The notes under the pieces were generated by a model, which saw nothing but the letters and a program-made list of their open reading frames with translations, was not told the origin of the DNA and searched no databases. Below, one piece after another: positions 52,290-64,000 of a DNA stretch of 64,000 nucleotides. A program made the translations under genes and the position numbers. The number at the start of each line of letters is the position of its first letter. The stretch's first letter is position 1. The stretch comes from Chrysomallon squamiferum (lineage: Eukaryota > Animalia > Mollusca): positions 5,270,001-5,334,000 of the forward strand of contig CM022668.1 in assembly GCA_012295275.1 (NCBI GenBank), given 5' to 3'.

Positions 52290-52609
52290 ACCTTGAATTG
52301 GACGTGGGCATGTAAAACGAGTTTTCCATTCCATTCCATTCCACGCCTGCAGACCTGTCAGAAAGCGCGTCCGTCGTAGACGTGCTTCCCAACAGCTTGC
52401 TCTGATTAGCACGTTAATTTGTTTTCATTCATTCAGTGTTTGTTCTTGTCAAGAATGCGGACTGGTAGGTAAATGCGTGATGTAGTTTAATAGAATCAGT
52501 TATTGTCTTAAAACGAGGTGTTAATGCTATTAAAATTGTAACATCTTTAGGTTGTTTCGATTTTAACGAGTCAGGGAATCGTTATTTCTGTCGTTTTTGA
52601 TACTTAAGA

Positions 52610-53578
52610 TAGTATGGATCAATGATTTTGTTAAAATAAAAATAGGAAACTCATTGTTTGTGTACATAGTAGTACATGTTTTAGAAGTTCAATGCTTTTT
52701 GTTTTAACGAAAAATAGTGACTTTCTAATTTTTAATAAAATAATTTATAAGGCCGGTTGACGGACCTTTAATTTAAAAAGAAAAAAAAAAAATGTTGTAA
52801 AACTGACTCAAGCGTTATAATGAGTCATCTTCATATTCACGCGCCATCGTCTGTAAAAAAAAATTTTTTTTTTCTTTTATTATTATTATTATTTTTTTTT
52901 TTTGGCTGGCGACGTCGTAATAATATCTGAAAAATATATAGTACGAAACGCGTACGAGATAGTATGACGTTAGCAAAAGAGAAAGAAAGGTTTCGACCTT
53001 TGTAGCAACTTCTACTCAGTAATAGACATCTATGTATACAAAGCATTGATTAAATGACATATTTCCCCATTATACTTTTAATAATACATATTGAATTGAT
53101 TACATTAAGAAGGCATACGTATTTAAACATTTGTAAATACTAATTGGCGTTCGACGCTACCATATTGGATTTCGATCGGAAGTTTCCGTGAGCTCACGAA
53201 TATTTTTAAACTTCAAAATTAAATTATTTTGCATCCATTTTTCAGAACTTTTTAAGATTTATATTGATAAAGGTAAGGACGGTTGTTCATATTATCAAAC
53301 CATGATGTCACGCGCCTTTTCTAACTACTTTTTCAACTTAATCAAACTTTTGAAACTGGATTATGTTTGTGTAAATGCGAGCATAATAAACTGAAATTAT
53401 AATACGGAATACGATTAATGTATTAACTTTTGTAGTTGTCAAAAATGTTCCCCCTCTCAGAACCCAGTAGAAAAGAACATTTAGGGATTGTTTGTACCCA
53501 TTAAATCGAAATTTCTCGAGGCTTTTTTCCATGACGTAATTTGTGCCGTTATGTTACCGTTCCTGTTGGTCCATGCTA
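52610..53578. mobile_element. Non-autonomous DNA transposon (MITE-like, ~970 bp)
   Basis: Imperfect TIRs TAGTATGGATCAA / TTGGTCCATGCTA and TSD CTTAAGA at 52603-52609 and 53579-53585. Paralogous cassettes (e.g. ~31655, ~62112) show the empty site. Confidence 0.75.
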
Positions 53579-54189
53579 CTTAAGAATTAAACTATTTCAG
53601 CAGGCAGTAAGATACAACTAGTTTTCACTTTTGATTATTCATACTTAAAATACGTACTTCATTAATAAATACTTTTCCCAACAAATATTTTAAGATAAAA
53701 TTAATTACTCAATACTATTGCTTTTCATAGATCGGTTTCAACAAGTAACTTACCACATCTCCAAAGAATATTTGATTATTCATGGTAATAACAACCACAA
53801 AATTGACCAGTACTTTATAAGCAAAATTGAGTTTAGTGATTAACCTAGGTTTGGTATATACTGCATATAAAGTATGATGAAAATTAATGACTACTGTATG
53901 TTTAGTTCATATACTAATATTGTAAGATTTTTCCCCAGTCACTCACTGGGAAACACAAATCTACTAAATGATAACACTGATGTTTCTTTACAGATGGGTA
54001 AACATATAATATACATTTTACTGATCACATCAATTTTTTTATTTTAAAGAAATACCTGTATGCCTTGAGTGTGTCAGAGAAAGGAAATATAATCAGTTGT
54101 TCACAGGCGTGAATTAATTTAAACGCTGTCTGTACACTGTTTTCCAGACAAGAACTGTAGAACTGAGACTAATAAATAAGAACAAAATA

Positions 54190-55433
54190 ATGAACTTTAA
54201 ACTGACATTCAATGTCAACAAAATATGCATAGAATCTATAAATAAACCTGAAAAAGTACAACTTCTAAAATATGTGATGAAAGAACAATATCGCAGACAG
54301 CCACCCATTCAGGAAAAGAAGACTCATGTTTGGAGAGCAGGTTAAAAAAAAAAAAAATCTTCTTAAATGACCAAAGAATCATAAAACTTAATTTAATTTG
54401 TGTTGTAACTTTATGTTGAAAACCAAAATAATATAGAAATATTCCTGTAATTACCTCAATGTTTCTGTAATTTATTCTTTGAATCAAAGATTTCCGTATT
54501 TTAACTTTTATTAGTTCTATGAATGATTTCAACTTTCCTATTATTTATTTGTTCCTTCAACAATTTCATCATTACTAATAAACAAAATAATACCACAACA
54601 AAAAGGAAAATGACAGCATCTAATACTCAGTCTAATTATTTTTTATCCAAATACTATATTATTAGCAGACATTTATCATCAGTAAAGTAATAAAAACGAA
54701 TAATTTATAAATATGCATACAAAATGTATTTACACTTTCTGTTTTCATTTCAAAATGTTTATTTTAAATCGAAATGCTTAATTTTACTTCCTTGTATTAA
54801 TAAGTTTGTATCTATTTTAATTTTTTTCTTCTATGTACTATGGGTAATCTGTAGGTGTGCATTTTTATAGTGATTCCCTGGTTTCATTTCTAAATTAAAC
54901 AATTAATACCGTTATATCATTATATTATATTTATTATTATTATCATATTTGTTTATTTGTTACATTTTCTTAATTATTCGTTATTATTTCATTCATTTTT
55001 CATATCTGATACACTAATCCATGATATTGCTCTGCATATATCAACCAAGCAGTTCTTTGCCCTTGGAACCCTGTTGAATATTCCTGACTTAACACTACAA
55101 AATATGAGTCAGCATTCCTATTCATCTCTTGAGAGAAATATTAACATGATAAAACTATGGCTCCAAATGAGAAATAGCACTCATGATAGAAAGAAAAAGA
55201 GAAGATAATAACAGATTTGTCCAAGGCCACGAGAAACTGCGAAATGCCACAAGATAATGTTTTAGTTTGAAGTAAATCAGCTCTCTGAAAACACTAAACA
55301 GTTGGCAAATATTCTAGAGTTCAGAGAGTGTAAAGTTTTAAGCTATTTAAGTGTCATTACCATTACCCCTAAGATTTTATCACAAACTTTCATTCACCAG
55401 TGACTAAATTTCTTTATGATTTTAGTTACATTT

Positions 55434-55473
<40 letters not shown>

Positions 55474-56275
55474 TTTTATTTATGCTACTTATTTATTGAA
55501 AACCGCCAGAGAATCAGATTTAAAAAGTGGTACAGCAGTTCCAAAAAACTGATGTAGACCAGGATCCTGTTCCCTAGCAATAACAGTAATGATAATGATA
55601 ATAAAATTAATGCTAACAACAAATAACAATTTGATAGTAATAGTAATAAAAGCAATGACAAAAATGAAAGTCTGTATATGTGTGTATATGTCCCTGTAAT
55701 TTATAGTGTTTTATCTCATAATATTCATTCAATATTTAGATATTTGTTGAGAGATTTATTCACTTACGTAATTAATTATGTGCCGTTTTTTTTCACCTTT
55801 CAGAATATATACGTATGTCATAACGAAAATCACATGTTCAAACATAACCTATTGAAAAAATATTAAACATTTTTTGGAACAACACACACACACACACACA
55901 CACACACATCAATTATATATACCAAGTTTTAAAATATGTAACATTTTTCATTTCTAGTTACACCGAAAGAAACTTTTGAGAAACTTCAATTCATCATCAA
56001 ATACAAAGAAAATGTGTCGGACACTGACATGGATGAACTTGTATATAAACTGGCTTCATTTGATCACAAGAACTTTGACTGTGTTGTGTTTTGTATTTTG
56101 TCACATCGAACTGAAGGTGTGGTATACGGATGTAACGGTTTGCCTGTACGGATCAGAGATTTGACTGAACCATTTAGACCTAAGTCGTGTCCAACACTGA
56201 GTGGGAAACCAAAGTTGTTTTAAATGCAGGCTTGTCAGGGGAAGGAAAAACAACAAGGTATGTATGGCAGCTGTT
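54190..56275 (+). pseudogene. Caspase-8-like copy 4, collapsed pseudogene lacking both DEDs
   Basis: Exon 1 is reduced to 54190-54340 (linker only). The DD exon (~55003-55255) has lost its acceptor and is frameshifted, and the YKMD exon is partial (~55510-55575). The p20 exon ~55958-56258 has SHR for SHG and a TAA at 56221-56223 just before MQACQG. No p10 exons. Confidence 0.85.
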
Positions 56276-57229
56276 AAAAATAATAGGCACATTATTATTA
56301 TTATTATTATTATTATTCATTGAAGTTATTTAGGTTTATACATGTTATATTGTGTGGTCTAATTCTGTGCAGGGATGAACAGTTTGCTGTGAGTTTGACA
56401 TAAAATTAACTGACATTGTCCACGAATTGCCAAATTTTAAGATTTGCTACAAATTTGACAAAATTATACTGACATTATCCACAAATGATAAAATTTTTAT
56501 GTTTATTTCCTCTAAAATACTTCAAATATAGTTACAAATATCTGTATGGGTTTGGGTTTGATTAATTGTATCATTAAACAAAATTACTTAAATGTATGTT
56601 TCATGATTGTATAATGTATTATTATCAAGTCGCCTGTATATTATAATTAAATAATTAATGTGAACCTTAACTTGTGTTCTGTTTATTTCTGTAGAGGATA
56701 AAGAGACATACTGATTTATATAGATTTCTGCCAATTTAGCGTTTATATTCCTTGTTAGGTGGCCTATGAAGCACCTTGTTACCCTACACTGAGCCTTAAT
56801 AAAACATACAAGATGTTTAAGGGTGTGAGCCCCGTAGCAAAATTACATTTTTCTAATAAATATAAATTTCTACAAATGCAAATGCTGAGGAACTTAAAAA
56901 TCTGGAAACTGCCACATCTGCCTTTGAGAGTGAGAGAATCCAGATTAATATTATTATTATTACTATTACTACTACTACCACTACTACAAGCAGCAGTAAT
57001 ATCATATTAATTTATTTATTACTTTCAAAATAATTTATAATCTTGATCTAAATTACATATTTAAAATACTGAGTTTTTCTGATCTGTGTCTTTCATAGAA
57101 ATACATTTGTATTCAGTTTCTACTAATATAACCGATAAATCAGTCAAATTATATTACGTCGATATTTTTCTTTTTAATCGTAACCAATCCACGCACCTAC
57201 AGTGGGTACGGGAACAACCATTTTAATGT

Positions 57230-58250
57230 AGACATCATGCAACCTTGCTTTTAACGTTTCACCATTTAACATGGGGATATAGGTCGATGAACTGGTTTCT
57301 GACTGCTCTGCCTGATCAATGATTTTGGGTATTTCTGGCTCCACCTGTCTGTCAGATCGCTGGTCCTTTTCCGTGTGTATGTAACCCAGTGTTTGTTCAA
57401 TCCGGCTCTCAGTTCATTCAGTGTGAGCTCTGTCGTAGAAGACTGTACTTGTCAATTGACTTCGGCATCTGCTTCGTTACCCTTTCTCCTTTTTCCACGA
57501 GCAGCTTGTACCATGTCAGTGATGTTTCTCGTAAGACAACCGATTTGTTCTTTGACCTCACTTAAATATCGCACGCAGGCAGACATATCTTCTTCATTAT
57601 ATTTGATCGTGTTCATCTCTGACACCATCAGATTCTCCAGAAACTGAATCAACACCTGGGCTGTCGTATCCACCATCATCTTGATTTCCTTGGCATTGAT
57701 GCTGATCTGATCTGCCACTGATCCGAGTTGCCAAATTTCATTTCTTATGTCCTGAAGTAGTAGCGCTGAATTCTGAGTCCTCTGTGCTTTGACCAGGACA
57801 ACCAAATGTATAGAACCCGTGGCAAGTGTATCTGGTTCAAAGAGGAACATTCTTTATCCAGTGTATGCTTGGAACAGATAAGGTCGCATGCTGCTGAGGA
57901 CTGCTATTGATGCTGTTCAACTGAACATATGAATTTGTTGTCTGAATTTATAATGATGTCGTCCCTGCTTTTTGTTCTTCCTGATGCCTTCATTAGCAAA
58001 ACCAGAATGGAGAGGTTAAGCATAGACGTGCACGTATGGAGCAAACTCGCGATGTTCTTAACTCAGACTGAGCTTCCACGTAAAGCACATTGCACCTATC
58101 AAAATAGATCAAGGAAGGGAAGTAACTATGCTAATTTCTGGATCAGGCACGAATGTTCTTTTTGTGATGACTACTCAGTGTTTTTCTATGGAAGAAAGCT
58201 GTACACTTCTTCTTGTTAGATGTGATCTCTGGAGTCTGCAGGTAAGTGGT
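57230..58250 (-). pseudogene. Decayed coiled-coil ORF, possibly the RING/B-box/coiled-coil part of a TRIM gene (alternatively the second ORF of the Harbinger)
   Basis: ORF 57452-57850 is helical and heptad-like. Upstream frames contain CLI..LLP(F)L.LF..C and CDLICSKH..H, reminiscent of RING and B-box motifs. Many stops. Confidence 0.35.
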
Positions 58251-58729
58251 GCTTTCTAAATTGATTTCACTGATTGTCTACTTGTTCCGATTATTATTGT
58301 GATTAGTTGAATGTTCCAGATGCAGCTGAGCATGTAGTACATACAATATATTTGATTAACTGTAATGAAAGCATAACACTCCCTGCATTGCTCATTACTG
58401 AGGAAACTTTCTCTCCCATTAATAGCGGCACGATGCACGCCATGAAGCTTGCCAAATCTGGCCTGTGTCACACAATTTCTGTTAAAAACATTTACCTCAG
58501 TTTTGTTCAAGTGAAGCTTTTCAAAAAATATTTTCTATGAATAGTTTTTCTATGATAATATTTATATATTGTTATCAACATCATAACAATCTTACTGTCC
58601 ATCTTTATCATTTATTATGACAGTTTGTAGTCATTCAGTATATTTAATTACTTGGAAATTCCAGTTTTATTTAAATCATTTACTGTAAGGCTGTATTCTG
58701 AAGATTTAAAAGTGCAATTAAGTATTTAC

Positions 58730-59665
58730 AGATGTGGACTTGGCTATTCCACTGATGTTAGCTTCTATAATGAGGAGGAGCTGATGATGTTACTTTTAAC
58801 TTGAAAGAGTTTTCAGACAAAATATGTTTGGAACAGTTTTGCTTCACAAAAGATGAAATACATCATCTGTGCAATTTGCTTAGAATGCCTGACCCAGTTA
58901 ATTGTGAAACAAATTTTTGTCTGACTTTGTCTGGTTTTGAGGTGACTTGCATATACCCACATTGCTTTTGCGATTTGAGATTCCTATTTTTCGCAATCCA
59001 CTTTGCAACTGAGTTTGATCTTTAAACATATTTCTAATTACATCTTTGACAACTTTGGACACAAACTTTCATCAAGCATGGATAAATCCTCAGCTACTTG
59101 CAGACATCATTGCAAATAAAGTTCCCCTCTGAAGAACTGGTGGGGATTCATCGACGGAACAGTTCATGAGATAGAGTGATCATCAGTGGACCAAAGACAT
59201 GCTTTTAGTGGCCACAAGAGAAAGCATGACATCAAATTTCAGTCAGTGATGGCACCCTGTGCACTTGTTGTCAAGTTGCTAGGGCCATATTCTGGAACTA
59301 GAAAAGACAGAGGTAGACTTGCTGTCAGTGTTCTTCTTCCACTACTAGAAGCCAGGATGAATGATGTGAATGAATATCAATTTTCCCTATACGAAGGTAC
59401 GCCCTGAAGGATTATCTGTTGGCTTTCAACAAAAAACATGTCTGCTGTTTGACAATGTGTAGAATGGGGGCTTGGTAAAGTAGTGCAGCTGTTCTAGTTT
59501 GTGGGTTTTAGGAAGAACTTAAAACTGTTCCTGCAGCCGCATATTGACAGATATTACTTTCTGGCCCATCTGTTCACAAACTGTCACACGTGTCTGTGTG
59601 GGTCACAGACATCATTCTTCTTTGGACTGAACCCACCAACACTTGAAGAATACCTATCCTGTACT
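58730..59665 (+). mobile_element. PIF/Harbinger (DDE_Tnp_4, HARBI1-like) transposase, degenerate
   Basis: EQFCFTKDEIHHLCNLL, WGFIDGTV, QRHAFSGHKRKHDIKFQSVMAP, GPYSG, VEWGLGKVVQLF, LFTNCHTCLCGSQTSFFFGLNPPTLEEYL. Frameshifts and stops throughout. Confidence 0.88.
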
Positions 59666-59959
59666 TTTTTTGTTTTAAAAGTAAAAAAAAACAAAAACAA
59701 ATCCCAACAAAACAAACCCCCCAAAAATAAACCATGTGTTTGTAAATGATTGTATACGAAAGAAGATGTGTGTTTGGGAGTGAAAGTGTATGTAAAAACT
59801 GTTTTTTGTATTTTCAGCTTAGAAATTCACCACACCGTGTACTGTAAAAAAATACTATTTATATTGCTTGTAAATTGATAATGGATGATACATTAGGATT
59901 TATGCTTGTCAATTGCCAAGATTCTAAACTAATGAGACGACAAGGATGATTTCAATTAA

Positions 59960-60530
59960 GGAAAAAACGATCAAGAAATTATAATCAGGTATCAGTGGGG
60001 TGCAGGCAATTTTTATGTGAGTTCATTTAAAAGTAATTCCAGGGGCCTGACCATTTTGCGTTTTTTTAACTATAAAAAAACTTAGATCGTTGCACACTGT
60101 CAAATAAGCAACACTGATGTTAATTATTACCAGCAGACATATAATTAAAGCAACAGTGATTCACTCTCATTCACATTAATGATCAATTATTATTAGGAAT
60201 TTTAAAGATGGAAATAATTGCCTTTCCATCTAAGAAAAAAAAAAAAAAAAAAAAAAAAAAGAAGAGAAAAATAGGATTTTCTAAATACATCTTTGTAATC
60301 TAAAAACTGAAAGGAAAGAAAAACCAAAAGGTGTTTTTAATTAGGTGTTAAGCATTACCTGTATTACGAGACAATGAAAATAACCTGTTATAAAATCAAA
60401 AATTAGTTGAGGAAGAAGTAGTAGCTTTTTATAAAACATTGTATGCTAATCAAGACAATGATTTTACTAACAAAAATCTAGACAAAATACTTACAAACAT
60501 GGTCAAACTGTATAGAAAAGATGTAAAGTG
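59960..60530 (+). mobile_element. L1/Tx1-type LINE ORF2 remnant
   Basis: Endonuclease-like QWG..SFKSNSRGLTIL (~59992-60058), an SDHSLI-like stretch (~60156) and linker-like EEEVVAFYKTLYAN (~60409-60450). Confidence 0.55.
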
Positions 60531-61259
60531 ACATGGACAAGACGAACATTAAGGCCACCAATTTTATGTAACTGTCATATTAAAATTGGACAATAAAAGA
60601 ATTTCATTTTTAAAAGATGGGTTTGTTAAAACCAACTTTCTTACTGATGTTGAATTTTATGATTTGTTAAATTGTTTTATTATTATTATTTTTTGTTTAC
60701 ACATTCTCGGAACAAAACACAAATCAATAACACAAAAGAAAGTAAAAAACAAATAATAATAATTAAAAAAAACAAAAACAAATGAAATAGTGGTATCTGT
60801 GATTAGGATAAAATGTGAAGCTGTTTTTTATTCATTAAATATTTATAAAAATAAACATAATATAAATAATCTTAACCAAATTAACATAAAGAAAATATAC
60901 TGGGGAGGGGAAAAAAGGAAGAAAAAAGACGAAAAGTGTGTATTATTACTATTACTGTTATTATTATCAGCATCCTTATCATTATCGTTATTATCTAATG
61001 TGTAATCGTCCTCGTAGAATGGATTAAAAAAAGAGAAGAAAGAAAAAAGAATTGTAAATCGATGATTTTATTATTACTATTATTTATTACATTACATTAC
61101 ATTACATTATATCTATCTATCTGTTGTAAGAGAAAGTAAATTGCGTTAATTTTATTATTATTATTTTTTTTTTTCGAAATCAGACGACACCATTACACAT
61201 CCATAACAGTGGAAAGTACTCAATACATAAATTACCAACTATGATTATTATTAGTAACG

Positions 61260-63310
61260 TATGTGAAAACGGTACAACAAATAAGTTTTCGTAACGTTTG
61301 GGAAATTATTTCAGTCCGTAACTATATACACACCTAATTGTGATCGATGTGATAGTGACGTCATATTGAATCTGTATTTTCCTGGAAACTAAACACACGC
61401 TAAGTGCTGAGTCAGGAATTCGGGAAAAACCTTTACTTTTATTTAGAATTTTTCCTAACTGGTTTGTCTAATCAGTAACCTACAACTGAAGTGAGCCGCT
61501 AACAGAACAGACAGCCATTATACCCACAAAAAAACAAACAAAGAAAACATACATTTTTATTTTTTGTTTTCATTAATGATCCGTATTCAGTACAAATAAA
61601 CTCTTTAGCTAAAAGTACCATCACCAGTTACTCGCCACGAACTGCGCATGCTTTCGCTAAGCTACGGTGCTGTTCGATTGTTGCAAACCGGTTTTTTATT
61701 TCTCACAGTCTGAAACGTACATTTTCAAGTGACAGCGTCATTCTCTATGTTTTCTGCTTTCAGCCCACACAATCATCAGCAACCGGTTTTGGCTGCCAGG
61801 TATCTTGACATTACAAACGAACACGGATTTAAGCAAGGGAAAATCCCTTTTTGGGAAGTCGTGGAAAGGACTGTGCTGATCAAATTATAAATATAATTCG
61901 ATTGACGGATAGAATATTTAAACTTGTACTGGCTGTGGACTGGCAGGTAAACGCGTAATGTAGTTTAAAAGAATCAGTTATTGTCTTAAAACAACATGTT
62001 AATGTTATTAACATTGTGACAGTGTTAGGTTGTTTTGACTTTAATGAGTCGGTGACGGAACAGAAATATGAAACGAAATGAAATCGTTATTTCCGACGTT
62101 TTTAAAACTTTAACTTAAATGTTAAACTATTTCAGCAGTCAGTGAGTTTGAACTTCAGTTTTCTTTTTTGATTATTCATAAATAACATACGTACTTCATT
62201 ACTAGTTACTTTTCCCAAAACATATTTTTAAATATAATTAATTATTCAGTACTGTTGCTTTTTATTGATCGGTTTTAACAAGTACCTTGCCATATCTGCA
62301 AAGAATATTTGATGATTGATGGTAATAACATTAACAACAAGAAGAAAATAGACCAGTACTCAATAAACAAAATTTAGTCAGTAAACTACCAAGGTTTGGC
62401 TTTGGATATAAATTGTAATGAAAATTAATGACTGCTGTCTGTTTAGTTCATATGCTGACATTGTCAGATATTTTCCCCAGTCACCGTGTGGGAAACAAAA
62501 CTATACTAAATTCTAAAGCTGTGAAAACATATAACATAGATTTTACTGATCACCCAATTAATTAATTTTGCAGAAACACTTGTATGCCCTCACTGAAAGG
62601 AAATATAAAAATCAGTTGTTCACAGGTGTGCCTTAATTTAAACTGTGTCTTAAAATCTGTTATTTTCTATAGTTGTTAAAAATTTGTGTATATTTTATTT
62701 TTTATTATTATTTGTTTTTTCTTCAGAAAATTCTTTGCCAGTTGTTTTTAGAATCACATGCAGTTAAAATATTTTATTTTCTATAGTTGGTTATTCTGAA
62801 TATATCTGTTGTTTTCTAAGCATTTAAAACATACTAAAGACAGTTCATTGTGATCCTACAGCAGATAATATCTTCTGTATTAACACTTGCAAAATGCAGC
62901 AGCATTCATTTAAATAATAACAAATATTGAAATTTTTACAATATATCATACAGTAAAAGTAGGTTTATACTTTTTATTATACATATATTTTTACAATAAA
63001 ATGAGTTTTTGTATTTCATTTAAAAGCTATATAAACATCAGGACAGCAAAAAGAATTGTTATATTTTGGCGAAATTAATCACTACAAACTGTTTACACTT
63101 ATAGATAATACACATTTACAAGAAAATAATATAAATATATTTTTTATATTTAATAATAAATAAATAAAATGTAATAAAAAGACATTGAGTCATTTTCTAA
63201 CAACGAACTGTGCATAAGTGGGTTTTACTTTAAAATTGCTTTATTAATTTGTTGTTTAAAGTTGTTTTTTGTTTATTTATTTATTTATTTTTTAAAATAA
63301 GAAAAATGAA
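61260..63310 (+). repeat. Further copy of the caspase upstream cassette and downstream duplicated block, with no coding exon in the window
   Basis: 61280-62480 matches 30800-32050 (kB-like site at 61837-61847); 62480-63310 matches 25830-26420. Confidence 0.8.
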
Positions 63311-64000
63311 TACATTTTTGAACTGTTTCTATCTTATTTTTAAAGCAGAGTCATTATATATGATAATTCAAAGGATTTGTGACTATCATAAAGCATGACA
63401 AGAAAATTAAAATCTCTTAATGATGCATAATGGCTGAATAATAATAATAATAATAATAATAACAACAACAGTAATGATAATAATAATAATAACAACAACA
63501 ACAATGATAATAATAACTGGAGTATACAAAACGTGACGGTAACATTTATTAGGATATTTTAAAGAAACACTATAAAGATGTATTTTTATCTCTAATATAT
63601 TTTTCTCTTTCGCTGTTTAATGACAGTAATTTTAGAATCTTGGAAGTATGTAGTGGATTCAAATTTTGTGCTTTTGAATATAACTGAAAAGCTGTATATA
63701 TATATATAAACAAAAAGCTAAAATCTTCGTTTTATTTAAATTAATTTATTTTATTTTGCATATTCCAGTCATGTATAACTAATTGGATTTAAATTTTAGG
63801 AAATGTTAGACTGGAGTTATTTCCCTTTCGTTTTGTTCTCGATAGTGGTTCAAAAGCTTAGCTTTAGTCTAGATAATTACAAAATAAATTTAAAAAACGA
63901 AAGAAAAAAAATAACAATGGCTCTGTAATAAGTTGCTTAGTTTATTATTTATTTATTATAACATATTTTCTATCTATCTATGTATCTGATGTAAGTGAAA

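Overview
AT-rich, microsatellite-laden eukaryotic DNA with spliceosomal GT-AG introns; an invertebrate, probably a mollusc (inference). There is a 200-N scaffold gap at 37383-37582. From left to right: the 5' end of a type II membrane protein gene (-) and a complete 8-exon GH18 chitinase (-; ~498 aa, intact DxxDxDxE, hydrophobic C-terminal tail, no CBM14). Head-to-head with the chitinase is a tandem birth-and-death cluster of caspase-8-like genes (+) with an unusual DED-DED-death domain-caspase architecture. Copy 1 looks intact (~658 aa, SHG and QACQG). Copy 2 is frameshifted right after the death domain, predicting a DED-DED-DD-only product. Copy 3 has two homopolymer frameshifts and three tandem alternative terminal exons that differ in the L4 loop and dimer strand. 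Copy 4 is a pseudogene that has lost both DEDs. A variable array of 51-nt symmetric microexons builds the DD-caspase linker. A ~1.1-kb upstream cassette with kB-like and IRF-E-like sites occurs about 7 times. Also present: chitinase exon fragments, TRIM/NHL-like remnants, THAP remnants, decayed Harbinger, NOF/MULE-like and L1/Tx1 elements, a MITE, and 89-bp and 1372-bp tandem repeats. All exon calls were read by eye and no database searches were run.
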